Assembly: GCA_016699975.1 (NCBI GenBank)
Contig: CP064994.1
Coordinates: 554,167-618,166, forward strand
Direction: 5' to 3'
Source of the DNA: Candidatus Moraniibacteriota bacterium
GTDB lineage: Bacteria; Patescibacteriota; Minisyncoccia; Moranbacterales; UBA1568
DNA length: 64,000 nt
The notes beneath the pieces were generated by a model. That model saw only the letters and a list, made by a program, of their open reading frames with translations, had not been told where the DNA came from and searched no databases. Below are positions 28,714-38,562 of the stretch, one piece after another. A program made the position numbers and the translations under genes. How positions within the stretch are numbered: the stretch's first letter is position 1; each line of letters opens with the position of its first letter.

Positions 28714-30612
28714 TTATTGCTCTTCTTGAAAGATGCGATCAACGCGTATCACTTTCACAAAGTTAACGCTTCGGTTTCCGAGTATCTCGGTAAATTCGGC
28801 AGGCGCCTTTTCGTATGCGTCTTTAAAATTGATTGGAACAGAAGTGGAGAGCCACATGTTCACGGTTTTTCGCTTGCGACCCGTCGAGAGTACCACATAG
28901 TCGGGAATATTTTCTTTGAATCGCTTCTGATTGAAACTCACTGAGCAGTCTCCGATAAACGCTGCGCATACCGCGCCTTTGTCGGACCACACGCGAATAT
29001 TTCTCGCGTCGGGAAGGGCATTCAAAAATTGTGCGGCTTCGTAACTTCCGTCGCCCATATCTTTGAAATTCAGGATGAAGCGTTTCGGGAGAAGTGAGGA
29101 AGCGGACGCAAGATAGTGGGGCCGAACTGACACAAGATTCGCAGCGAGAATGAGGATCAAAAGCCCGGGCAAGAAGACGCGGGCGAGAAGCAACCGAGTG
29201 GAATGGAATTGCGCGCATCGCTCGCTCAGGAATTCGAGCAGTATCGCCGCTCCGATTCCGGAAAGAATGAATGCGAGGGGAAAAAGGGCGATTTGGTAGC
29301 GAACGGTCGCAATGACATAGTTTGCGGTTGAGCCGAGATAGTAGAGAAGGATGAAGAACGTGAAAGCAAGAACGGGGACCTGATATCGGCCGAAGCGGTG
29401 CTTGAAAAAGAGCAGCGTGCCGAGTGTGCCCAGCAAAAGAAAGAGTGCGATCGGGTGTATGCCGAAGATGAGGCTGTACACATCAGCAAGGAGGCTTCCG
29501 AAATTTTTGAGAAGGGTTGCACTCGCTTCGGAATTCTTCGGAGACATGACAAAGGCTTCGAGGTCGAACCACCGCATTCCAAGCCATGTATTCGCGAGTG
29601 TGAGCAAGATGAGACCGAAAAAAATACCAAGAATTGCTTTTGAGAGAGTGGAGCGAAAGCGCGAAAAGATTCGAAGAACACGTTCCGAAACGACGCCACG
29701 GAGAAGAAAAGCATCGACCAGGAGAAAGAGAATGACGCCCGCAAAAAGTGGCCAGGTGCTTTTGAAGGCCGCCGAGAGGAGGGTGCCTTCGAGAATCATT
29801 TCTGGCTTTACCCAGGTCGCGGGGTAGAGAAGGGTAAAGGTGAGAATCGATACCAAGACGAGAATGAAGAGATCACGGAGGGTATTTTTGAGGAATTGCT
29901 GAGGATCGGGTTTTTTCTCGGCAAAAAGGTATTCGAGAAACGGAAACAGGAGAAAGAAAACGAATAGAATATTCGCCACATATTTGGTAAGGAGGGAGAG
30001 CCCGGTCGAGATGCCCGCGATGATGAGATATTTTCGTGACGATTTTGTACCGGAGGCGAGGCGCGCGAGAATGGCGATCGGAAGAAAAATAAAGAGGAGC
30101 GAGTCCGGATTGATGATGAGTGACATGCCGAGAAGAATCGGGGAAAGGCCGATCAGGATGGTCGAAAAAATCGCGACCGTGGCACCGATTGCGGCTCGTA
30201 TGAGGAGATAGAAAACAGGGAGAGCGAGCAGGGAAAAGAGATAGAGAGGAAGACGAAATGCGATATTGATCGTGTCGAAGGCGGCGAGTTCTTGGGGCGT
30301 TTTCGGTTCTTCCCGGAGCGGCTTGTAGGGCATTGGGTCTATCTTGAGGAGGCCGAAGCCGGAAAGCTCCGCGACGGTAATGCCGGGCTTGTCGTTGATA
30401 TCGGTATTCTTCCATTTTGCACTTCGAACAGCGCGCCAAAAGTCAGGTGTTCGCTCGAATGTCCAGTAGGGTTCATCGACGGCGGAATAGGTGCCAAGTC
30501 GGGGAAGTCCGAAGGCAAGGTTGATAGCGATGACGACAACGAGAATGAAAACATGCGCCGCATTTTTGCTCCGAAGCGCTGCAAGGATTCTCATCGAAAA
30601 GGGGGAGTTCAT
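28714..30612 (-). CDS. ArnT/PMT-like glycosyltransferase (GT39/GT83-type, GT-C fold) membrane protein
   Basis: 632 aa, at least 12 TM helices. N-terminal loop ...YSAVDEPYW...DKPGITVAELSGFGLL... resembles PMT_2/ArnT motifs. Soluble C-terminal about 150 aa. Confidence 0.65.
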   Translation of the reverse strand: MNSPFSMRILAALRSKNAAHVFILVVVIAINLAFGLPRLGTYSAVDEPYWTFERTPDFWRAVRSAKWKNTDINDKPGITVAELSGFGLLKIDPMPYKPLREEPKTPQELAAFDTINIAFRLPLYLFSLLALPVFYLLIRAAIGATVAIFSTILIGLSPILLGMSLIINPDSLLFIFLPIAILARLASGTKSSRKYLIIAGISTGLSLLTKYVANILFVFFLLFPFLEYLFAEKKPDPQQFLKNTLRDLFILVLVSILTFTLLYPATWVKPEMILEGTLLSAAFKSTWPLFAGVILFLLVDAFLLRGVVSERVLRIFSRFRSTLSKAILGIFFGLILLTLANTWLGMRWFDLEAFVMSPKNSEASATLLKNFGSLLADVYSLIFGIHPIALFLLLGTLGTLLFFKHRFGRYQVPVLAFTFFILLYYLGSTANYVIATVRYQIALFPLAFILSGIGAAILLEFLSERCAQFHSTRLLLARVFLPGLLILILAANLVSVRPHYLASASSLLPKRFILNFKDMGDGSYEAAQFLNALPDARNIRVWSDKGAVCAAFIGDCSVSFNQKRFKENIPDYVVLSTGRKRKTVNMWLSTSVPINFKDAYEKAPAEFTEILGNRSVNFVKVIRVDRIFQEEQ

Positions 30613-30756
30613 GCGGATACTCTAGCAAGTTTTCGTCCCTGCGACAATCGGCATCGAGGACCAGGCTCTCTAAAGTTGGCAGTCGGAAAAATTTCTTCTA
30701 TGATGGGTCCATGTGAGTTTTTTGTTGGAAGATGAGCGGGGAATATTTGATGTGAT

Positions 30757-32274
30757 ATGGCGCAATCCGGAAATACCAAAAACAAAGAGGATCGAAAGCG
30801 ACTGCTCTCCTCACGTTCTCTTCGAAAGTTTGTAGGCTCTGGGGATCAACCGGCTCTTGTGGGTATCTTTGCTGTTCTTCTCCTTGGATTTGTTTTTGCA
30901 GTATTTGAGATTTTCACAACGTCGTCGTTTTCCGTCGATCCTCCGGCACTTGCCAAAGAGCGTGAACGCAAGAGGTTCGCAGCCGATGTGACGACTCCGA
31001 TGCCCGAGGTGCCGTTTTCAATGCCGAAAATCGTCGAGCCCTCGTTTCCTGATCGCGACTGTCCCATTACGGAATTTGGTGCGGTTCCGGGCGGAAAAGT
31101 TTTGAATACCGAAAGCATTCGAAAGGCGATTGCATCGTGTGAACAAAAGGGCGGTGGGCGCGTAGTTGTGCCGAAAGGTCTCTGGCTTTCGGGCGCGATT
31201 CATTTAAAAAGCAATATCAATCTCCATGTTGAGGCTGGCGGAAAAATTCTTTTTTCAAATGATCTTTCGGAGTATCTTCCCCCGGTCTTTTCGCGATTCG
31301 AGGGTATTGAGCTCATGAACTATTCGCCGTTTATCTATGCGAGAGATGCAACGAATATTGCGATAACGGGAGACGGAGAGCTCGATGGGAATGGGAAAAT
31401 GTGGCAAGACTGGAACAAAGTTCAAGAGCCTTCGCTTCTTCGGCTTGAGAAGCTCGCCGACCAAGGAGCACCGCTTGCGGAGCGGAACTTCGCTCTTGCT
31501 GAAGATGCGCTGCAGCCGTCCTTTGTGCAGTTTGTGCGTTGTCGGAATATTCTTCTCGAAGATATAAAAATATCGAGGAGTCCGAGTTGGACGATTCACC
31601 CTGTGTATAGTTCCGATATCACGGTTCGTCATGTGGAAGTGTATACCGATGCGAGGAATACCGACGGTATTGCGATCGACTCGTCGCGAAACGTCGTTGT
31701 TCATGACTCAATTTTCCGCGCGGGAGACGATGCGATCGTGATCAAATCAGGAAAAGATAGAGATGGACTTCGGGTTCGAGAGGCATCGGAAAATATTGTT
31801 ATTCATGACGTGACGGTCGAAGATGGTCATGGCGCGATTGCCTTCGGAAGCGAAATGTCCGGCGGCATACGCAATGTCTTCGTCAAAAATCTGACAGCGA
31901 CTCGTGCGGACTTTGGCATTCGGTTCAAAAGTATGCGCGGGAGAGGGGGAGTGATCGAGGATATAACGATTGAGAACATGAAGATGGGACGATCGGTCTA
32001 TGAAGGCATCCAAGTTGATATGGATTACGGAACGCCGCTTCGCCCCGACGACACTTCGCTTTCTCCAATTTTTCGCGATATCACGGTTCGCAATCTTTCT
32101 ATCGATCGTGCGCGTACTGGTTTGAGAATTGTGGGACTCCCTGAAAGTCCGGTTGAAAATCTTATACTCGAGAACATTTCGATACAAGCTGAGAAAGACG
32201 GTGTGGCGCCAATTCATCTCAAAAACGAACAGTTCCGAAATGTGAATATTATCGTTCAGGATAGAAAGAAATGA
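30757..32274 (+). CDS. Glycoside hydrolase family 28 (polygalacturonase-like right-handed beta-helix) with N-terminal membrane anchor
   Basis: ...GAVPGGKVLNTESIRKAIASCEQKGGGRVVVPKGLWLSGAIHLKSNINLH..., NTDGIAIDSSRNVVVHDSIF, AGDDAIVIKSG, HGAIAFGSEMSGGIRNV: GH28 motifs (NTDG, G/QDD, G-HG, RIK-like). Confidence 0.8.
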   Translation: MAQSGNTKNKEDRKRLLSSRSLRKFVGSGDQPALVGIFAVLLLGFVFAVFEIFTTSSFSVDPPALAKERERKRFAADVTTPMPEVPFSMPKIVEPSFPDRDCPITEFGAVPGGKVLNTESIRKAIASCEQKGGGRVVVPKGLWLSGAIHLKSNINLHVEAGGKILFSNDLSEYLPPVFSRFEGIELMNYSPFIYARDATNIAITGDGELDGNGKMWQDWNKVQEPSLLRLEKLADQGAPLAERNFALAEDALQPSFVQFVRCRNILLEDIKISRSPSWTIHPVYSSDITVRHVEVYTDARNTDGIAIDSSRNVVVHDSIFRAGDDAIVIKSGKDRDGLRVREASENIVIHDVTVEDGHGAIAFGSEMSGGIRNVFVKNLTATRADFGIRFKSMRGRGGVIEDITIENMKMGRSVYEGIQVDMDYGTPLRPDDTSLSPIFRDITVRNLSIDRARTGLRIVGLPESPVENLILENISIQAEKDGVAPIHLKNEQFRNVNIIVQDRKK

Positions 32275-32311
32275 GGCAGTGGTTGGCCCTTAGAAAGTTT
32301 TTCCGATTCGG

Positions 32312-34309
32312 ATGAGACCTCTTCTTCGATGTTTCTCTCTCGAAGTTAAAAAATGCTCTTCTTTTTTATTGATGAGCGGGGGCGGGGGAGTCCGAAATCC
32401 GATTTTTCTTACATTGTTTATGGTTTCTTTCGGGAAACGATTTCTCTCTCCCAAGCTTGTGACGATACTTCTTCTCTGTGGTATCGTCGGCTCCGGATTC
32501 TTCCTTCGATTCGTACACTTTGACGAGTGGCTCTACTTTAAACTCGATCAGTCTCGGGATGCGATGCTTCTCTCGAGGGCAGTAGAGGAAGGTCCCCGAT
32601 ATCTGCCGCTTCTTGGTCCACGAGTCGGAGCAGTGACGCTTTCCGAAGGGCTTCTTCGCACCGGTCCTGCCTATTACTATTTGCAGTATCTTTCGGGCAC
32701 TCTTTCGCGCTCTGTCGAGCCACCGGTCTTTGCCTACCCGGATCTTTTTTTCGGCACCGCTTCTCTTGTCATCCTCTTTTTCTTTTCGAGACTTTTTTTT
32801 CGTCGTTCAACCTCGCTTCTTGTTGTCGCGCTTCTCTCTGGCTCATTTCTGGCGATCCAATATTCACGCTTTGCCTGGAATCCAAACCCGCTCCCATTTT
32901 TTTTGATGGTGTCTTTCTTCGGACTCCTTCGTTTTTTGCATGCTCCTTCTGGGTGGAAGCGATACGGATTTCTTCTTATTTTTTTTGTCGGCTTTTCGGG
33001 AGCGGCACAACTTCACTATTTCGGCATGATGAGTCTTCTCGGGATTATTACTCTCTCTTTGGGATGGCACTTTGCTCTGTGGAAACCTGACTCGTGGAGG
33101 CGTATTTTTTCTCGATCGGCTTTCCGCTCGGCACTCCCCGTTTTTGGCATGGGTTTTCTTATTCTCCTTTTCTTCTTTTCGCCCATGATTATAAGCGACG
33201 TCATGCGAGACGGGCAGAATACCAGAAACTTCTTCGAAGCCTTGATCGCAAAGCAAGATGCGAAGCCTCTCACGAACCGTCTTGAAGAAGCATTCTTCGA
33301 GACTCCGCGGTACTTGTGTCTTCTTTCGACGGGATTCTGCCTGAAAGAAGGCGAGCCCGAAAATATCCCCCCTCTTCTTTTGACGCTTCTTCTTTTGGGT
33401 GCGGGAGGAGGAATCGCTTTCCAGAGGCTGAGAGGAATGTCCGAAGGCATTCGCAAGGATTTCTTGCGGCTTCTCCTGGTGTGGATCGTAGTTTTTTGCG
33501 CGCTTTCCATTCCTGTTGCCTTTCAATTGCGACCGAGATTTTTTCTTGTCGTGCTTCCGATCCCGTTTCTCTTCTTTGGTCTTGTATTTGAATTTCTCCG
33601 GGAGCGATGGAACGCCTCTGGCCTTGTCTTCGGCACACTCCTCTTCATTCTTCTTCTTACGATGAATCTCTTCGGTGTCTCAAAATGGTTTCTTGAGCAA
33701 GCGGCTGCGCAGCGAGGCGATGCGCCCGTTTCGCGAACGCTGATTCTCAAAACCAAGGATGGCGTGACACTCGGACAACTGAGGCGTGCGGCGCACTTCA
33801 TGAAAACGCGCCTCCTTCCGGAAGAGCGCCTCTATTTTTATGTGAAGCCGGAGCACATCGCTCCCATAGAATATCTTCTTCGACTTTCTGCGAAACAACA
33901 GCCGGAACTGGTTTTTCGGAATATGCAAAAAGTGCCAACCGATCCCAAGGCGCGATTTTTTGCAATTCTCGCAACGGGTCGTGATCCCGAAGTGTCGCTC
34001 CGCGAGAAATTTGGCCAACCCGTAACGATTCGAGATGCCCAGTCGGTCGGGCAGATAACGGTCTTCGAAATCGATTTCCCACAACGGATGATCGATCCGG
34101 CATTCGAGTGGTTGAACGCGGCCCCGCTCGAATCGAGTGCTCTTTTGCTCGACGAAAAACGAAAGTCAAGCGATCGCGTTTTCTGGGGAGAAGCTGTCTC
34201 CCGCTTCTTGAATCGAAATGAAAAGACCCCGCCCTCTCATGACCCCTCTTTTCCTGAGGGGACGGAAGAAGATTTGTCGAATGAAACTTCCGAAGTGAAT
34301 ACTCCCTGA
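32312..34309 (+). CDS. GT-C-fold membrane protein, ArnT/PMT-like, tandem paralog 1 of 3
   Basis: Shared motifs with paralogs 2 and 3: F..DQ(S/A/I)RDA..., LLGP..GG..R.GP.YYY, RF(A/S)WNPN, QLH(Y/F/T)F. The true start may be an internal Met (32372 or 32420). Confidence 0.6.
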   Translation: MRPLLRCFSLEVKKCSSFLLMSGGGGVRNPIFLTLFMVSFGKRFLSPKLVTILLLCGIVGSGFFLRFVHFDEWLYFKLDQSRDAMLLSRAVEEGPRYLPLLGPRVGAVTLSEGLLRTGPAYYYLQYLSGTLSRSVEPPVFAYPDLFFGTASLVILFFFSRLFFRRSTSLLVVALLSGSFLAIQYSRFAWNPNPLPFFLMVSFFGLLRFLHAPSGWKRYGFLLIFFVGFSGAAQLHYFGMMSLLGIITLSLGWHFALWKPDSWRRIFSRSAFRSALPVFGMGFLILLFFFSPMIISDVMRDGQNTRNFFEALIAKQDAKPLTNRLEEAFFETPRYLCLLSTGFCLKEGEPENIPPLLLTLLLLGAGGGIAFQRLRGMSEGIRKDFLRLLLVWIVVFCALSIPVAFQLRPRFFLVVLPIPFLFFGLVFEFLRERWNASGLVFGTLLFILLLTMNLFGVSKWFLEQAAAQRGDAPVSRTLILKTKDGVTLGQLRRAAHFMKTRLLPEERLYFYVKPEHIAPIEYLLRLSAKQQPELVFRNMQKVPTDPKARFFAILATGRDPEVSLREKFGQPVTIRDAQSVGQITVFEIDFPQRMIDPAFEWLNAAPLESSALLLDEKRKSSDRVFWGEAVSRFLNRNEKTPPSHDPSFPEGTEEDLSNETSEVNTP

Positions 34310-34397
34310 ATCGGACTCGAGACAGAAAGGATGATTCTCTTTGTTTCAAATTTATGACAGGAAGAAGTTTTCAAGTATCTTTCATTGTTTCCATTGA

Positions 34398-36076
34398 ATG
34401 AGATCGCCTATGAACCCACATGAAGAAAATGGTTTGCGATACAAAACGATATTTTTCTGGGGAATATTTTTTGTGATGCTTTTTGGCGCCGTATTTGTGC
34501 GAACGACGCACTACGAAGAATGGATGATTATTAAGTCCGATCAGATTCGCGACGCGATGGTGTCTCTCAAGGTGCTTGAAAACGGATTCGGAGAACTCCC
34601 GCTTTTTGGCCCGAGAGCCGGCGGGACACACTTGCGGCTTGGTCCAATATTCTACTATTTTCAAACTGCTTCAGCTCTGCTTTTCCATTCCGCTTCTCCA
34701 GGAGTGCTTGCGCTTCCCACGCTTCTTTTTTCGCTTCTCTCGATCCCGCTCTTTTTTCTCATGGCGAGAAGGCTCTTTTCCCGGAATCTTTCTTTGATTC
34801 TCACGATCGTGTTTTCGTATGGATTCCTCGCGATTGAGCATGCTCGTTTCTCCTGGAATCCGAATTCCACAACTTTTTTTACCCTTCTCTTTCTCTACTC
34901 GTTTCTGCGGATTCTGGCGGACGATACGCCGAAAAAACTGTGGTGGTATGCAGCGCTCGGTCTTTCTTATGGTGTTGTTTCACAGCTCCACTTCACGGTT
35001 CTTTTGGCACTTCCTTTGTTTATTGCGTTCTTTGCGATTTTTCGACCGAAGCGAGTGTGGCGCGTTTTGTCGTGGAAGGGAGTCGCGATATTTTTGGGCG
35101 TCATTCTCCTTCTCTACACGCCTGTCTTTGTAAGTGAAGTCCTGAGCGGGGGGAAGAATGCGTCGGAAACCTTTGCCGCGGTTGCGGAGAAGGGATCCGA
35201 GAAAACACTGATCGGAAATGTTCGTCGTGTCCTCAAAAATTTCGGCGAATATTTTTTCCGTATCGGTTTCGGATATTTCGGAGGGCCGCGCCCGTTTCAG
35301 TATGCGGGGATCGCGCTCCTGGGGAGCGGTCTCTTTCTCTCTCTCTTCTTATTTCGAAAAGAGAAAGACGAATCTCGTCGGGATGTTTTTTTGGCGATTC
35401 CGATTTTGCTTGCAACGTTTTTCTCCTCTTCCTTCCGATTGCAACGACGGTGGACAAACCGCGATTTTTTCTCCCGCTTCTCTTTGTGCCGACCATTTTT
35501 TTCGGTATGATAACGTGTCTTACATTCTCCGGAAAAATCCGGTTCTTCCCCACGATTCTTGCTGCGCTCTTCCTGGGAGCGAGCCTCGGATCCAATATGT
35601 TCTTTACCTACCAGTGGCTTTCCGAGATCCGTCATTCAACACATCGGTACGTCTCTGCGAAAAAGGATACCGTGGTACTCAAAATGAAAAAGGATGACAT
35701 GTGGTGGTCTTGGGAACAAATTCACGGCGCGGTCGAATATATGATACGAGATTGTCCCAATGAAAATATTCTCGTACAGTACAAAGGGCAGGCGGCCGAC
35801 TTTATGCACACCACGCTCTACGCCTTTCGTCTCGCGGGAGACGATCGTATTCGTCGATCGACCACCTACGAAGGACCAAGTTTTTGCCGCTACGCTCTCA
35901 CCAAGTCGAAGCCGGGTGAAAATCCCGATGACGATCAGTGGGATATCGGCGATCTGCGTATTCTCGCTCTCGAGAAGCGCGGAGGGAGTTTCGATACCAG
36001 TATCTATGGAAAAGGAGAGTCAGAAGAAGAGCCTTCGAAAAACAAATTCGAGTACTGGAAGGACGTTACCCGCTAA
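34398..36076 (+). CDS. GT-C-fold membrane protein, tandem paralog 2, frame broken at T5 35417-35421
   Basis: Frame A runs to ...ILLATFF. Frame B continues LLFLPIATTVDKPRFFLPLLFVPTIFFG, which parallels paralog 1 (...AFQLRPRFFLVVLPIPFLFFG). Adding one T joins them into about 559 aa. Confidence 0.6.
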
Positions 36077-36190
36077 AGCAGCGATCAGAAAGTGAAGCAT
36101 TGTTTGGATTCCAAATTTTTTTCATTCCAAGAAATTTTGACGCGAGCGACACAACACTCATAAGAAAGAAGAGAAGTAAAAGCGGTCTCT

Positions 36191-37810
36191 TTGAACATTT
36201 TTTCTATGCATGATTTTTTTTCGCGCTTTCGAAAGGGAGGCATTCGTTTCGATTCCACTCAAGTGGCGTTCATTGCTATTCTTTTTGTCGGAGCATTTCT
36301 CCGGATGTATGAATTTCACGATTGGCTTCGATTTAATCCCGATCAGGCTCGAGATGCGATCGTTGCCTTCGACATGACCACGGGAAAGATCCCGCTTTTG
36401 GGGCCGGTTGCCGGCGGAACCGAGTTTCGATTGGGGACTGTTACGCACTACTTCTCTTTCCTCTCGGGGACGCTCTTCGGCTTTTCTCCGAGTGCCTTGG
36501 CGTATCCGGATCTTTTCTTCTCCATCCTGTTTCTCCCGCTCCTCTTTTTGCTGGTATCGAGAATGTTTGGGACGCGTATCGCACTTTCGGTGATGCTGCT
36601 CGCTGCTCTCTCGGGCTATATGGTGCGCTATGGTCGTTTCGCGTGGAATCCGAACTCCATGCCGTTTTTTACGACGCTCTTTTTCTTGTCGGCGCACAGC
36701 CTTCTTTTTTCTGAAGGAAGGAAGAAATTGCTGTGGGCTGCGCTCTTTGGGATATCAATAGGCATCGGCGTGCAACTCCATACCTTTCTCTTGGTGCTCC
36801 TGCCGATTCTCGCGCTCTTCGTTTTCGTTTTTCTTTTCTTGCAGAAAAAACTTTCTGTTCTCGTGGCAGTCATTTCTCTTTCATGTGCAATATTTCTCAA
36901 TATCCCGCAAATCATTTCCGAGGTTCAAACGAAAGGGATGAATACGAACGCTTTCTTTAATGGAGTAGGAAACAGAACTGAAAGTACGCGCACAGTGAGT
37001 GAGCGGGTGGGACGAGACGCGCTGTGTCATGTGCGATCGAACGCCTTTATTCTGACGAGTCTTGGCCACAGCGATAACTGTAATCGGTTTATCGCACTCA
37101 TGAAAAGGAAGTTTCCCATGACGCATCCGCTTGATATTGTGCACGCGATTCTCGAGATTGTGTTTACCGTTGGAGGAATATTTCTCCTCGGCTTCTTCGC
37201 ATGGAAGGAAACGCGCCTCGAAAAGCGATTTCTCTTTGTCGGAGTGCTTGTATTCATGGTGGCGCTCTTTCTTCTTATCATCCCCGTTTCCAATGAAATC
37301 GCAATGCGGTATTTCTTAGCGTCCGCATTTGTTCCCTTTGTGCTTCTCGGCGCGTGGGGAAAATTTCTCTTCGAGCGCGGGAGGTGGGGTATTGCGACGT
37401 TTGTTCTTTTTGTCTCACTCCTTCTCTTTTTGAACGCGCTTTTCTTGAAGAAAGAGGCAGCGCTCTTTGCGAGCGGTCGCGTGAGCGACGCAGATATGGC
37501 CATTCTCGGTGAGACGGAGCCGCTTGCCGAGTTTCTCTCGCGGCATACTCCTTCTCAAGGAACCGCGCATCTTATCGGCATGAGGAGCTATCGAAAGCGT
37601 TTTCACAAAGCGCTTGCGTATCCTCTTCACCTCGAGGGGAAGAAGCTTCTTCGCTTCGAAAAAAAGGGAATGCCCGAAAAATCAGGGCCCGTTTTTCTTA
37701 TTCGGAAGAAAACAAAATCGTACGATGCCATGAGTGAAATCGACGGCATGCCAATTCTTGATCGAAAAACGAGCGGGCGCGTGAGTGTTTTCCTTCTGAG
37801 ACGAGAATGA
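36191..37810 (+). CDS. GT-C-fold membrane protein, tandem paralog 3
   Basis: 539 aa with the same motif set (NPDQARDA, LLGPVAGGTEFRLG, RFAWNPNS). Its stop overlaps the SET gene start (ATGA at 37807-37810). Confidence 0.65.
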   Translation: MNIFSMHDFFSRFRKGGIRFDSTQVAFIAILFVGAFLRMYEFHDWLRFNPDQARDAIVAFDMTTGKIPLLGPVAGGTEFRLGTVTHYFSFLSGTLFGFSPSALAYPDLFFSILFLPLLFLLVSRMFGTRIALSVMLLAALSGYMVRYGRFAWNPNSMPFFTTLFFLSAHSLLFSEGRKKLLWAALFGISIGIGVQLHTFLLVLLPILALFVFVFLFLQKKLSVLVAVISLSCAIFLNIPQIISEVQTKGMNTNAFFNGVGNRTESTRTVSERVGRDALCHVRSNAFILTSLGHSDNCNRFIALMKRKFPMTHPLDIVHAILEIVFTVGGIFLLGFFAWKETRLEKRFLFVGVLVFMVALFLLIIPVSNEIAMRYFLASAFVPFVLLGAWGKFLFERGRWGIATFVLFVSLLLFLNALFLKKEAALFASGRVSDADMAILGETEPLAEFLSRHTPSQGTAHLIGMRSYRKRFHKALAYPLHLEGKKLLRFEKKGMPEKSGPVFLIRKKTKSYDAMSEIDGMPILDRKTSGRVSVFLLRRE

Positions 37811-38562
37811 GTCCAATATCTTCACCAATTTCTCCTGTTGAGCGAATCACTCCGGCGCTTTTACGGATACGGCCTTCTCAGAAATTTGGCGGTATTGGCG
37901 TGTTTGCTCTTCGTGATATTCCAAAAGGAACGATTCTCTCTCGTGCTGCCTTTCTTCCGAAAGAGCGTTTTCTTTCGTGGAAAGCGTTTCGAAAATTGGA
38001 TGAGATTACCCAGGAATTTGTGCGAAACTTCTGTGCGCACACAAAGCGGGGCGTCTCTCTGCCAGCCGATCTCAGTACGTTGCCCATCGTGTTTCATATG
38101 AATCACCACTGCCGTGGGAACGTGGGCTCCGATGAAGCGGGAAATTTTCTTGCGATTCGAAAAGTGCGCTGCGGCGAAGAGTTGTGTTTCGATTACGCCC
38201 TCGTTATTTCGGATCCTAAATATCGGTTGATATGTCGTTGTGGTGACCCATTGTGTCGAAAAGTAATAACCGGAAACGATTGGAAGGATCCCAATTTTCT
38301 GGAGAACAATTATCGGTATATGTCTCCTGTGCAACGCGCGCTTGTCGATGCGGCGCTTCACCTTGACTCAGAACCTTCTTCCGAATTCTCCATTTCCGAT
38401 CCTTCTCTTCACAGAAGAGGAGGTCGTTCTGCGCTTGAGGCGAAGAGGAAAGACAAATCGGCTCGGAAAAAGTTTGTTGAATTTTTCGCCTCCAATCGGA
38501 TCCTACGTTGTTTCGGGCGTACTTTTTTGTACGTGAAAGTTACGGGCGTGAATCTTCGTTGA
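37807..38562 (+). CDS. SET-domain protein (putative protein-lysine methyltransferase) with basic C-terminal tail
   Basis: GGIGVFALRDIPKGTIL...FHMNHHCRGNV...CGEELCFDYA...CRCGDPLCRKVI: SET core (G.G.FA, NHxC, ELxxDY) plus post-SET Cys cluster. Translationally coupled to the upstream GT-C paralog. Confidence 0.75.
   Translation: MSPISSPISPVERITPALLRIRPSQKFGGIGVFALRDIPKGTILSRAAFLPKERFLSWKAFRKLDEITQEFVRNFCAHTKRGVSLPADLSTLPIVFHMNHHCRGNVGSDEAGNFLAIRKVRCGEELCFDYALVISDPKYRLICRCGDPLCRKVITGNDWKDPNFLENNYRYMSPVQRALVDAALHLDSEPSSEFSISDPSLHRRGGRSALEAKRKDKSARKKFVEFFASNRILRCFGRTFLYVKVTGVNLR

Noticed and set aside
33016-34349. Several 100-220-aa minus-strand ORFs
   Set aside because: Antisense to GT-C paralog 1. 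The products are basic and low-complexity.
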